Notes under the pieces: generated by a model
Databases searched by the model: none
Told to the model about the DNA's origin: nothing
The model's input: only the letters and a program-made list of their open reading frames with translations
Part shown: piece by piece, positions 19,355 to 28,849 of the stretch
How positions within the stretch are numbered: the first letter of the stretch is position 1
How the letters are laid out: every line of letters begins with the position of its first letter
Origin: Calditrichia bacterium
Lineage (GTDB): Bacteria; Calditrichota; Calditrichia; RBG-13-44-9; J075
Length of the DNA stretch: 64,000 nt
Direction: 5' to 3'
NCBI GenBank assembly: GCA_050633245.1
Contig: JBOEGD010000011.1
Location: 128,001 to 192,000 of the forward strand
Position numbers and translations under genes: made by a program

Positions 19355-22300
19355 ATGGATCGTTTGCAACAAAATGTTTGGATTGGCTGTCTGGTTCTGG
19401 CCACATTGTTAACTAATCTTCTCTATGCCGGGGATTACAATCATCCGAAAATCCGTCCGGAGTTAAGCGCAGTCTTAAACTCCCAACAAAGCAGCACGGA
19501 TTATGTACGCGTCTATATAAAACTGAATGACCGCATGCATTTGTCCGACCTGCAGAACATGCACGGCTATCTTCCTCGTAAAGAGCGCCAAAAGGCCGTT
19601 GTGAACACGCTTCGCAATCATGCTTACGCGACTCAGGGACCTGTTCTTGCGCATCTCGAGAACGCGCAGCTGTCAAAGAACGGCGTTCGTAATATTCGCA
19701 ATATCTGGGCAATAAACGTTATCGCTTTTGAGGCACAGCCTCAGGTGGTAATGGACATCGCTCTTGGATACAATGAAATTGAAGCCGTTTTTTATGATCC
19801 AATTATCTCTGATGAAGATGCTCAGGATGATGAAGGGATTTCCGCATTTAACGCCAAACACGGCATTACAACTCCGCCGCTGTTCGCTCCTCAGATTGGA
19901 CTAACACTCATCAATGCACCGCTGGTATGGGCCGAAGGCGATTCAGGCCAGGGAATTCTTGTCGCAAACTGTGATAGTGGTACAGACTGGACGCATCCCG
20001 ATCTTGTAAATAATATTTGGAATAACCTCGGCGAAGATGCCGATGGCGATGGCCGTACAATCGAATTCGTTAACGGTAACTGGGTTTATGACCCGGGTGA
20101 CGCGAATGGTGTTGATGATGATGGCAATGGTTATATCGACGATTATATTGGCTACGATTTTGGTAGCAACGACAATGATCCGCAGGATTCCGGATCACAC
20201 GGAACCAGCACTGCCGGACAGATTTGTGGTGATGGAACCAACGGAACCCAAACCGGCGTTGCTCCTAAAGCAAAGATCATGATTTGTAGAGTTGCCGGTG
20301 GTGGCCAAACCGATTGGTGGGCGGCATACCAATACGCATTTACCATGGGCGTTGACGTTACAACAAGTTCTTATAGCCTTAAATGGATTAGTCAGCCTGA
20401 CTACGCCGGTTTTCGCAATATGACGGATATGGAGCTTGCAGCCGGCGTGATCCACACAAATTCTACCGGAAATCAGGGTGCTCAGGGACAGCCCGGTTGC
20501 ACAAATTCGTACCCGGTTCCTTACAATATTTCAACACCGGGCAATAGTCCCGGTCCATGGCAGCACCCTGACCAGGGAAATTTGATCGGTTCACTCAGTT
20601 CCGTAATTGGCTGCGGCAACGTTGTAGCAACAACCGACGTTATTTCCTCCGGCTCCGGACTCGGTCCGGCAGCATGGGAAAATATTCAGCAGCGCTGCCC
20701 GACCTATCCGAATGCCAATCCTCCGGGATATATGGATTATCCGTTTAATCTCGCCGGTGCTGTTGAGCCAGACTCCATTGGTTTGCTAAAGCCTGATGTC
20801 TCTGCCCCCGGCTCGAACACAACTTCAACTGTTCCCGGTGGTGGATATAGTGGGTTTGGTGGTACCTCTTCCGCAACCCCTCACACAGCAGGTGTTGTAG
20901 CTCTTTTGCTGTCCGTTAACCCGACTCTTGAACCCGCTGATATAAGTCGCATTTTGCAGACCACCGGTATTGAAAAAGGTGCGCCGGGTAAAGATGAGCG
21001 CTATGGTGCAGGTCGAATTGATGCCTATCAGGCTTATTTGCAAGCACGTGCCGAATTTGGTTTGCCAAACACAGCAACTGAAGCAAATGCATACAGCGAT
21101 TATAATACACCAAGCAGTATTGCCTTAAGCTGGACAAATCCTATTGACCTGCTAAACGGTGAGCCGCTCTCAACCGATGCGTTTAGTGTTCGAGTTCTTC
21201 GTAATGGTGCTGAAGTTGGTGTCGTTCCGGGAACATCTTCTACATTTACCGATAGCGGACTTAATGACGGCCAGCAGTATTTTTATGAATTAATCGTTCG
21301 CGTAGACTCTACCGGTCGCGAAAGTGATCCGGCACGAACCGACTGGTTTTCCGGCGGAGCAAAACAGCCTGCTGCACCTACCGGACTTAGTATCTCTGGT
21401 AATCAGTCTCAGGTGACGGTAAGCTGGACAAACTCCTCGCTGAATATCGACGGAACGCCGATGGATGATTTAGCCGGCATCAATCTTTATCAAAATGGCG
21501 CGTTGGTAACCACTTTTACCCGTAGCAGTTCCGATACTTCTACCGCTGATCAGGATGTCTATCAAAATACGGTTGCCGGTTATTACGACTGGAGCATTAG
21601 CGCAGTTGATAATGAAACACCGCAAAATGAAAGCGAACTTACCAGCAGTGTTCCAACACCACTCAGCCTGCCACTTTCTGAAGCATTTTCAATTGCCGGC
21701 GAGCCAAATCCGGGTGTGTGGATAAATGAGAACACCGATGTGAACGATCGTGCAGATAATCCACCGACAGATGGATTGGCGCTGAACCTCAACGGTACAC
21801 CAAGTGGTGGAGACGTCATTACCATGCGACCGATTGATCTGAGCGGTTTTAGTGAGGCATTGTTTGACTATTACTATCAGCCGCAGGGGACTGGTAATGC
21901 ACCGGAAGAAGGCGATAGTTTGCGGGTGCACTTCAGAAATGATCAAAATGAATGGATACTTGTTAAATCCTATCCGGGAAGCACAGTTCAACCGTTTCAG
22001 CAGGAAATCATTGAGATCGCATCAGCCCCATCTGGAAGCGGAAGTTACTTCCATAGCCAATTCCAGGTGCGCTTTAGCAGTATTGGCGGTGCCGGAAACT
22101 TTCCTAATGATGATTGGTTTGTCGACGATGTTCGTCTTACCAGCAACCTTGTGGGCATCGATGATCCATTGCTTGCAGCACCTACAAGCTTTGAGGTTAG
22201 CGAAAACTATCCGAATCCGTTCAACCCGAGCACAACAATCAGTTACCAGCTTCCCGAACGCAGTGATGTAAAACTGTTTGTTTATAATATGCTGGGACAA

Positions 22301-22480
22301 AAAGTGAGAACGTTGGTCAATGGTGAAGAGAATCTTGGATTCTACTCCGTTGAATGGAATGGTCAAAGTGATGTTGGACTGCCTGTAGCCAGTGGCGTTT
22401 ATATTATGCGCTTTGAGGCATCCGGACTTAGTAACGGACAGCGTTTCAATCGAAGCAGTAAAATGATTCTATTGAAATAA
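19355..22480 (+). CDS. Second secreted S8 peptidase with Ca-binding inserts and the same FN3/jelly-roll/CTD tail
   Basis: 'NCDSG', 'SHGTSTAG', 'GTSSATPH', 'STGNQG'; 'DADGDG' and 'NGVDDDGNGYIDD' inserts; 'NYPNPFNPSTTI'; AAGGGA SD before ATG 19355. Confidence 0.9.
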   Translation: MDRLQQNVWIGCLVLATLLTNLLYAGDYNHPKIRPELSAVLNSQQSSTDYVRVYIKLNDRMHLSDLQNMHGYLPRKERQKAVVNTLRNHAYATQGPVLAHLENAQLSKNGVRNIRNIWAINVIAFEAQPQVVMDIALGYNEIEAVFYDPIISDEDAQDDEGISAFNAKHGITTPPLFAPQIGLTLINAPLVWAEGDSGQGILVANCDSGTDWTHPDLVNNIWNNLGEDADGDGRTIEFVNGNWVYDPGDANGVDDDGNGYIDDYIGYDFGSNDNDPQDSGSHGTSTAGQICGDGTNGTQTGVAPKAKIMICRVAGGGQTDWWAAYQYAFTMGVDVTTSSYSLKWISQPDYAGFRNMTDMELAAGVIHTNSTGNQGAQGQPGCTNSYPVPYNISTPGNSPGPWQHPDQGNLIGSLSSVIGCGNVVATTDVISSGSGLGPAAWENIQQRCPTYPNANPPGYMDYPFNLAGAVEPDSIGLLKPDVSAPGSNTTSTVPGGGYSGFGGTSSATPHTAGVVALLLSVNPTLEPADISRILQTTGIEKGAPGKDERYGAGRIDAYQAYLQARAEFGLPNTATEANAYSDYNTPSSIALSWTNPIDLLNGEPLSTDAFSVRVLRNGAEVGVVPGTSSTFTDSGLNDGQQYFYELIVRVDSTGRESDPARTDWFSGGAKQPAAPTGLSISGNQSQVTVSWTNSSLNIDGTPMDDLAGINLYQNGALVTTFTRSSSDTSTADQDVYQNTVAGYYDWSISAVDNETPQNESELTSSVPTPLSLPLSEAFSIAGEPNPGVWINENTDVNDRADNPPTDGLALNLNGTPSGGDVITMRPIDLSGFSEALFDYYYQPQGTGNAPEEGDSLRVHFRNDQNEWILVKSYPGSTVQPFQQEIIEIASAPSGSGSYFHSQFQVRFSSIGGAGNFPNDDWFVDDVRLTSNLVGIDDPLLAAPTSFEVSENYPNPFNPSTTISYQLPERSDVKLFVYNMLGQKVRTLVNGEENLGFYSVEWNGQSDVGLPVASGVYIMRFEASGLSNGQRFNRSSKMILLK

Positions 22481-22496
22481 ACAGTTTCGATAATTT

Positions 22497-22533
22497 AAAG
22501 GCCTCATTTGCATTTGCAGATGAGGCCTTTTTT
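22497..22533 (+). terminator. Rho-independent terminator after the protease pair
   Basis: AAAGGCCTCATTTGCA-TT-TGCAGATGAGGCCTTT followed by T-run. Confidence 0.9.
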
Positions 22534-22595
22534 CTTGCCAGATATTTGAAATACCGATACATTGGGGAGTGACTAAAAAAGACGGAAATCGTACT

Positions 22596-23369
22596 ATGCC
22601 AGATTTGAGCCTTACCGTTATTGGCAGTGGAACTCTGGTGCCCGATACAACGCGCAGCTGTAGCGCAAATCTCATTGTTTATCAGAATGAACGGATTTTG
22701 GTGGATATGGGATTTGGCACTCTTGCCTCACTGACGCGACTTCATATTAACCCACTTACTATTTCGACCCTTTATATCACTCATTTTCATCCGGATCATG
22801 TTGCGGATCTCATTCCTTTAATCTTCACGCGTATTCATGCCGGCGCTCCGGTAAATCAGCCATTGAAAATTGTCGGGCCGTTTGGAATAGAGGCTTTTCT
22901 GATTAAGTCCGCAGCAGCGTATGGCGATTGGCTTATTACGGCAGTTAAAGAAACAACGCGTATCGTTGAAATCGGTTCTGGCCACCATCCAATTTCGGAC
23001 GGATTCTGTGAAGCCTTCCCGATGAAGCATGCACCTGAAAGCCTAGGCTATCGATTTCAATTTGGTGAATATTTTATTGCAATGACCGGTGATACCGGCT
23101 ATTGTGAGAATGCCATTGATGTGTGTAAAAATGCTGATATTGCCATTGTCGAATGTGGCGCATTAGAGGATGGCGGGAATCACCTTTCCCCGGCTGAGGT
23201 TGCTCGAATTGCTATTAAAGCACAACCACGACAATTGTTGATAAATCACTGCTACCCAAAAGTTGTTGCTTCGAATCCTGTTAGGTTGATCACCGATAAA
23301 TATACAGGACAAGTTGAACATGCGTATGATGGACTGGTGCTAAATTTAGAGGCGAATCAGGATGACTAA
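22596..23369 (+). CDS. MBL-fold metallo-hydrolase, RNase Z/AtsA-like
   Basis: 'LTVIGSG', 'ILVDMG', 'THFHPDH', 'HAPESLGYRF', 'TGDTG', 'HLSP'. Confidence 0.8.
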   Translation: MPDLSLTVIGSGTLVPDTTRSCSANLIVYQNERILVDMGFGTLASLTRLHINPLTISTLYITHFHPDHVADLIPLIFTRIHAGAPVNQPLKIVGPFGIEAFLIKSAAAYGDWLITAVKETTRIVEIGSGHHPISDGFCEAFPMKHAPESLGYRFQFGEYFIAMTGDTGYCENAIDVCKNADIAIVECGALEDGGNHLSPAEVARIAIKAQPRQLLINHCYPKVVASNPVRLITDKYTGQVEHAYDGLVLNLEANQDD

Positions 23370-24321
23370 CGCCGATCTGCTTGCTGAAATTCGTAGTTTT
23401 GCAACAACGCTCGACATTTTAGATCTCGGTATTTCCAGCGCCGGATCTCTGGAAGAGGAATCTGAACGTCTAAATGAATGGCTGGACAAGAAATATCACG
23501 GAACGATGGATTGGATGCAGAGCAAAGCGGTTCAACGCACCAATCCCAAGGCATATTTTCCGGAAGCAAAGTGTGTTTTGGTAGCATCGTTTAATTACTT
23601 CCGTGATGAACCACTGAATCGGGGCGATGAGCTCGCAAATCTATCGCTCTATGCACGTGGCCGCGATTATCATAAAGTTATTCGCAAGAAGCTACAAGCT
23701 CTATTGGCATTTATTCAATCGAAACATCCTGATGCAAAAGGACGGGTTTGCGTCGACTCCTTTCCGCTTATGGAGAAACCATTCGCTCGGCGTGCGGGCC
23801 TGGGCTGGTTGGGCAAACACACAAATTTGATCTCAAAGAAGCACGGCTCTTATTTTTTTCTGGGAGAAATTCTGCTGTCCATTGACTTGCCGGTCTCAGA
23901 ACCATTTACATATGATCACTGTGGCAGCTGCACCCGTTGTATGGATGCCTGTCCGACACCCGCATTGGACAAATCCTATCAAATAGACGCCGCTTCCTGC
24001 ATCTCGTATTTAACTATTGAACATTCTGGAGCTATTGACGCAGATTTGCAGAAACAGATGGGGAATTGGGTGTTCGGTTGCGATATCTGTCAGATTGTTT
24101 GCCCATGGAATCGATTTAGTGAGACTACTGCGGAAACTGATTTTGCCGAGAGGCTTTCGCATGAGCAATATCGACTTACTTATCTTGCGAGCCTGGACGA
24201 GCAACAGTTTGAAGAACTATTTAATGGAACGCCGGTTCGCAGGGCTGGATATGAGCAGTTTATGCGTAATGTTGCGATTGCGCAAAAGAACGTAAATGAA
24301 TCCGAATCCAGTGATTTATAA
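23362..24321 (+). CDS. queG: tRNA epoxyqueuosine(34) reductase
   Basis: 'YARGRDYH', 'CVDS.P.MEK', 'GSYFFLGE', 'CGSCTRCMDACP', 'CISY', 'GCDICQIVCPWN'. Confidence 0.95.
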   Translation: MTNADLLAEIRSFATTLDILDLGISSAGSLEEESERLNEWLDKKYHGTMDWMQSKAVQRTNPKAYFPEAKCVLVASFNYFRDEPLNRGDELANLSLYARGRDYHKVIRKKLQALLAFIQSKHPDAKGRVCVDSFPLMEKPFARRAGLGWLGKHTNLISKKHGSYFFLGEILLSIDLPVSEPFTYDHCGSCTRCMDACPTPALDKSYQIDAASCISYLTIEHSGAIDADLQKQMGNWVFGCDICQIVCPWNRFSETTAETDFAERLSHEQYRLTYLASLDEQQFEELFNGTPVRRAGYEQFMRNVAIAQKNVNESESSDL

Positions 24322-24362
24322 TTATACGTCAGTTTGTATTGAAAACCGTTTGAATATGTCCG

Positions 24363-24402
24363 ATAGTATGAGGATACTATAAAACCATTGGAGTGGTTTT
24401 TT
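24363..24402 (+). terminator. Two adjacent short hairpins after queG, possible weak terminator
   Basis: ATAGTAT-GAGG-ATACTAT then AAAACCA-TTGGAG-TGGTTTT plus TT. Confidence 0.4.
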
Positions 24403-24451
24403 GCATTAGAATTTTGATCCTTTCAAATAAAAAAACTAACGGTATCGTTTC

Positions 24452-26623
24452 ATGTTGCAAGTCAGAATAATCATTGGCGCTGTACTCTTTATGATGTGCT
24501 TAGGCGGTATGCTTGTCGCTCAACAGAAAGAGCTCGATTTAAAAACGGCAATGTTGGGTGCCAGAACGACTCTTGCTGTTGAAAAGGCACGAGACTTACA
24601 GTGGATTGTTGATACAGAATATTTTAGTTACATCGGCAAAAAGGATAGTATTGAAGCATTATTTCGCGCGGATGCCAGGCAGAATACCGTAGAGCCTTTG
24701 TTATCTCTTGAATCTTTTAACAATATCATCGCTGTTCATGAAATAGATGAACTTAAAAAATTCCCCACTATCAACTGGCTGGATAAAAATCGTTTTTGGA
24801 TGTGGGCAAAAAATCGTCTTGTCGTTTTTGATATTGCGGAAAAGAAACTGTCTATCCACACATCACTTACAGATGATGCCAAAAAACGAGATGTTTCAGA
24901 TAGTAGTCTTCATGTTGCCTTCACAAAGGGATCGGGGCTTTATATTGCCAATGGATCGGATGTCATAACGGTGCTTGCTCCGGACTCAGGTAGCCAGATT
25001 GTGGTTGGGCAAGACGTACATCGCCGCGAGTTCGGCATTCGAAAGGGCACCTTCTGGTCGCCAACAAGCAACAAACTGGCGTTTTACGAAAAGGATATTT
25101 CTCCTGTAACCGATTATCCATTTGTCGACTTCTCCACGCTCCCGGCAACAGCAAAACCGGGTAAGTATCCTATGGCAGGCATGGCGAATCATATTGCCCG
25201 GATAGGCGTTTATACCCTCGCTAATGCAGAGGTGGTTTATTTACAGACGGGAGAGCCTGCCGATCAATATCTTACCAATATTTCATGGAGTCCCGACGAA
25301 AAATACATTTACCTCGCTCAGATTAATCGCGATCAAAACCATCTGAGATTCTATAAATACGACGCAGTAACGGGCGAGCAGCTCAAGTTGCTTTTTGAAG
25401 AGAGAAGCCACGCCTATGTCGATCCACAAGTCGGTGCATATTTTATTAATGAAAATCCTGATCAATTCCTTTGGCTGTCAAGACGCGATGGCTGGAATCA
25501 TCTTTATCTTTATAATTCTGACGGACAGCTGATAAAACAGCTTACATCCGGTGAGTGGGAAATTATTGCTCTAAAGGGGACCGAAAGAAAAGGCCGAAAG
25601 ATGTATTTTATCGCCAACAGAGAAAGCCCGGTTGAGCGCGACTTGTACGCTGTAGATTTGAAAAGAAGCACAATTGATCGCTTAACCGAAAATAACGGCA
25701 CGCATTCATCCGATGTCTCCGCAAGCGGCCGCTATTTTTTAGATACGTTTAGCAGTCTTGAAGTACCCGGATTGCAAGAGCTTCGGGCAACAAATGGAAG
25801 TTTGCTGCGGGTGTTGTCGCGTGGTAAGAATCCACTGCGAGACTATCGTGTTGGTGAAGTCGATATTGTGCCATTCCTGGCCAGTGATAGTAGTAAGTTG
25901 TTTGGTCGAGTCATGTTTCCACCAGAATTTACACCATCGAAAAAATACCCGCTTTTAGTATATGTTTATGGCGGGCCACATTCGCAACAGGTTCGCAATA
26001 GCTGGATGGGCGGAAATGGACGCTGGCCGTTTTGGCTTCGCTATATGGCAACACAGGGTTTTCTGGTGCTGACCGTCGATAATCGTGGCACGAACTACCG
26101 CGGATTGGAATTTGAGCAGGCAACATTTCGGCAGCTCGGCACGCTCGAGGTTGCCGATCAAATTGAAACGGTCACGCAGCTTTCAAAAGCAGGCTATGTG
26201 GATACAACCCGTATTGCGGTGGTTGGGTGGAGCTATGGCGGCTTTATGGCCTCCTCGTTAATCCTGAGGGCTCCTGAGATGTTTAAAGTGGCTGTTGCCG
26301 GGGGGCCGGTGACTGACTGGAAATATTATGAAACCATCTATACCGAACGCTATATGGATACGCCGGAAACGAATGAAGAGGGTTATAAAACAGCCTCATT
26401 AATGTCTTATGTAGACAAGCTGGAGGGCAAGCTACTGCTAATTCACGGTACTTCCGACCCGATTGTTGTTTGGCAGCATTCCATCGGCCTCCTCGATGCT
26501 GCAATCAACAAGAGCAAGCACATTGACTATGCTATTTATCCAGGAGAGCCACATGGTGTGCGCGGCAAGAAAAGTCTGCATTTGTTCGAAAAGATGACGC
26601 GTTACATCAAGGACAATTTATAG
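24452..26623 (+). CDS. S9B dipeptidyl-peptidase IV / prolyl tripeptidyl peptidase family
   Basis: Signal peptide, beta-propeller ('WSP', 'YPMAG'), 'VYGGPHSQ', nucleophile 'GWSYGG', 'YTERYM', 'HGTSDP', 'YPGEPHG'. Confidence 0.92.
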   Translation: MLQVRIIIGAVLFMMCLGGMLVAQQKELDLKTAMLGARTTLAVEKARDLQWIVDTEYFSYIGKKDSIEALFRADARQNTVEPLLSLESFNNIIAVHEIDELKKFPTINWLDKNRFWMWAKNRLVVFDIAEKKLSIHTSLTDDAKKRDVSDSSLHVAFTKGSGLYIANGSDVITVLAPDSGSQIVVGQDVHRREFGIRKGTFWSPTSNKLAFYEKDISPVTDYPFVDFSTLPATAKPGKYPMAGMANHIARIGVYTLANAEVVYLQTGEPADQYLTNISWSPDEKYIYLAQINRDQNHLRFYKYDAVTGEQLKLLFEERSHAYVDPQVGAYFINENPDQFLWLSRRDGWNHLYLYNSDGQLIKQLTSGEWEIIALKGTERKGRKMYFIANRESPVERDLYAVDLKRSTIDRLTENNGTHSSDVSASGRYFLDTFSSLEVPGLQELRATNGSLLRVLSRGKNPLRDYRVGEVDIVPFLASDSSKLFGRVMFPPEFTPSKKYPLLVYVYGGPHSQQVRNSWMGGNGRWPFWLRYMATQGFLVLTVDNRGTNYRGLEFEQATFRQLGTLEVADQIETVTQLSKAGYVDTTRIAVVGWSYGGFMASSLILRAPEMFKVAVAGGPVTDWKYYETIYTERYMDTPETNEEGYKTASLMSYVDKLEGKLLLIHGTSDPIVVWQHSIGLLDAAINKSKHIDYAIYPGEPHGVRGKKSLHLFEKMTRYIKDNL

Positions 26624-26626
26624 TCT

Positions 26627-28282
26627 ATGCATCTTCATTATCTTACGCTCGTTCGCCAAACCAGAATATTGCACGAAAGTCTGGTCAATTGTAAAGTTAT
26701 CGATGCATATACCCAGCTTAAGCACGAATGCCGGTTCATTCTTCAATCCGCCAGCGGCGAAGAATTCTGCCTGCAGTGTTCCAGCCATCCTCAATACCCT
26801 TATGTGTTGTTGCTGAGTGGGGTTAAGCGAAAGTCAAACTCCACAACAGTCCTCCCCGAACTTATTGGCAAAACGATACAGACCATATCCATTTTGCAAA
26901 ATGAGCGGCTTATCGATGTTGATTTCTTCGATGAAGGAATACGACTCGTTCTCCAGTTATTTACCAACCGCACTAATTTTTTGGTTGTAGATGAGGAAGA
27001 GCAGATTGTAAATGCTTTTAAGTCTCACCGGAAGCTTCAGGGAGGCACCTATAATCCGGAAGCCGGAGAACGACTTGATCCGCTTGCCCTGTCGCTCGAT
27101 GAATTTTCTACTGCACTACGTTCAGAAAATGGAGCTTTTGACCTGGCGAGTCTTCGAAACTTTCACAATCTGTCGCGTTCGATAATCAGGGAGATTCTCT
27201 ATCGCAGTAAAATCGCTGATTCAGAATCTGATTCACATACTGAAGAAGATGTTGCCACTATCTATCGAGAAATGCAGCAATTTCTGAAAGATTGTAAAGA
27301 AGGCAAGGTGGTGATATACTTCGACGAATTGATACCGGTACGTTTTGCTTTAACGCGATTCTATTCTGAACAAAAGCTTACTTATGAAGAATTTGACGAT
27401 GTTAACGCAGCTCTCCGCCTCTACAACTTTAGAGCTCTGAAGTATTCAGTCCTTCAGCAAAAAACCCGACGCCTGGAACAACTGTTGGGACGTAAGAGAA
27501 AGTCACTTCAAAGCAGTCTAGCGCAGCTTGTTGAGCGTCCGCAAGACCATCAAAAAGCATCCGAGCTAAAAAAGATCGGTGAGCTACTTGCTGTTCAACC
27601 GGGCAAGATCGGTCATGGCATGAAGAAAGTGACCCTCGTGGACTATCACGATCCTGAACTTGCAGAAATTTCTATCAGTGTTAATCCTAACTTGAGTATG
27701 CATGAAAATGCCCAGGCGTATTTTCAGCGCGCGCGAAAGATGGAGGAGCGAGCCGGCCAGCATAAGGAACAGAAATCGTGGCTTAATAAGCAGCTTGTAA
27801 TGGTGGTTGATTTTCAGGAGCGGCTTCAGGAAATCTCTGAGTTCAAGGCGTTGGATAAACTGGAAAAAGATATGGCGGGCAAGCAGCTGCTAAAGCGAAG
27901 CAGTGAGCCGAAAGGGGAGAGGGCAATCTCTCTGCCGTATAAACGATACATGATGAAGGATAATGAAATTTGGGTCGGAAAAAATGCCAGGCAAAATGAC
28001 GCATTGACATTTAAACATGCAAGTAAACACGACTTTTGGCTACATGTGCAGGGTTACAGCGGCTCGCATGTCGTTATTCGTAATCCTTCCAGGCATGATC
28101 ATCCGGACAGTGTTGTTTTAGAGTATGCCGCGCAGTTAGCTGTAACAAATAGTCGTGCGAAACATGCCAGCTATGTACCAGTTGTATATACTCAAATAAG
28201 ACATGTAAGAAAGCCGCGCAAGTCTGCGCCGGGGTCAGTGATTCCAGAGATGGTAAAAACGATTTTTGTGGATCCACTCTAA
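26627..28282 (+). CDS. NFACT/FbpA family protein (RqcH, ribosome quality control)
   Basis: NFACT-N, coiled coils with 'ENAQAYF', NFACT-R 'VGKNARQND', 'DFWLHVQGYSGSHVVI', 'YTQIRHVRKP'. Confidence 0.88.
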   Translation: MHLHYLTLVRQTRILHESLVNCKVIDAYTQLKHECRFILQSASGEEFCLQCSSHPQYPYVLLLSGVKRKSNSTTVLPELIGKTIQTISILQNERLIDVDFFDEGIRLVLQLFTNRTNFLVVDEEEQIVNAFKSHRKLQGGTYNPEAGERLDPLALSLDEFSTALRSENGAFDLASLRNFHNLSRSIIREILYRSKIADSESDSHTEEDVATIYREMQQFLKDCKEGKVVIYFDELIPVRFALTRFYSEQKLTYEEFDDVNAALRLYNFRALKYSVLQQKTRRLEQLLGRKRKSLQSSLAQLVERPQDHQKASELKKIGELLAVQPGKIGHGMKKVTLVDYHDPELAEISISVNPNLSMHENAQAYFQRARKMEERAGQHKEQKSWLNKQLVMVVDFQERLQEISEFKALDKLEKDMAGKQLLKRSSEPKGERAISLPYKRYMMKDNEIWVGKNARQNDALTFKHASKHDFWLHVQGYSGSHVVIRNPSRHDHPDSVVLEYAAQLAVTNSRAKHASYVPVVYTQIRHVRKPRKSAPGSVIPEMVKTIFVDPL

Positions 28283-28669
28283 TTAGATTAGAGCACTTTC
28301 GGGAAAGACCTGCCCGATCACCTTGCGGAACTGTGCAGGTTTTATTGGCTTCGGAAGCATCAAATCGACGCCCATCGCTTTAATCTGTTTAATCACGCGA
28401 GCGCCAAGGTTGCCGGAAACTACCATAATCGGAAGCTCCTGATTAACTTGTCGAATCTTCTCAATGAGCTCGACACCGCCTAGCCGAGGCATTACAAGAT
28501 CTGTAATCAGCAAATCGAAGCGCTGCTGTAGGAGCTTGTTTAGCGCTTCCTCGCCATTGTACACTGTAACAACTTGAAAACCCTCAAGCGTCAGCCAGGT
28601 ATCCAGGCTGCGACTCAGGTTTTTGTCATCTTCAGCTACGAGAATTTTTTTCATGGGAACAGAAAACAT
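28283..28669 (-). CDS. Single-domain (CheY-like) response regulator
   Basis: 'ILVAEDD', phospho-Asp 'LLITDLVMPRLGG', 'VSG', 'KP'; no output domain. Confidence 0.9.
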   Translation of the reverse strand: MFSVPMKKILVAEDDKNLSRSLDTWLTLEGFQVVTVYNGEEALNKLLQQRFDLLITDLVMPRLGGVELIEKIRQVNQELPIMVVSGNLGARVIKQIKAMGVDLMLPKPIKPAQFRKVIGQVFPESALI

Positions 28670-28734
28670 TGGCTTTACTTTCCTTCCGGGAAAATGTTAT
28701 TTTTATAATTCGTCCCTGTATCATCACAAACTTA

Positions 28735-28751
28735 AAGCAAAGAGCTTGCCA
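28735..28751 (-). promoter_or_regulatory. sigma54 (-24/-12) promoter for the single-domain RR
   Basis: Minus strand TGGCAAGCTCTTTGCTT: GG-N10-GC, close to TGGCACG-N4-TTGCW; about 65 bp before the start codon. Confidence 0.72.
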
Positions 28752-28832
28752 TCTTTTTTCTAAAATTTCACCCGATTTTAAGGCTTTCCTTCGGGTGAAA
28801 TCTACACTTTGTTTAAAAGAGAGCTAAAGACT

Positions 28833-28849
28833 GTGTAATTTTTTTACAC
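28833..28849. promoter_or_regulatory. Candidate enhancer (UAS) palindrome for the bEBP
   Basis: GTGTAA-TTTTT-TTACAC perfect dyad about 80-100 bp upstream of the sigma54 element; related half-site CTACAC ends at 28807, 42 bp away. Confidence 0.5.

Noticed and set aside
28280-28285. Zero-gap convergent stop codons (TAATTA), also at 39848-39853
   Set aside because: Common in compact genomes; no further evidence of antisense regulation
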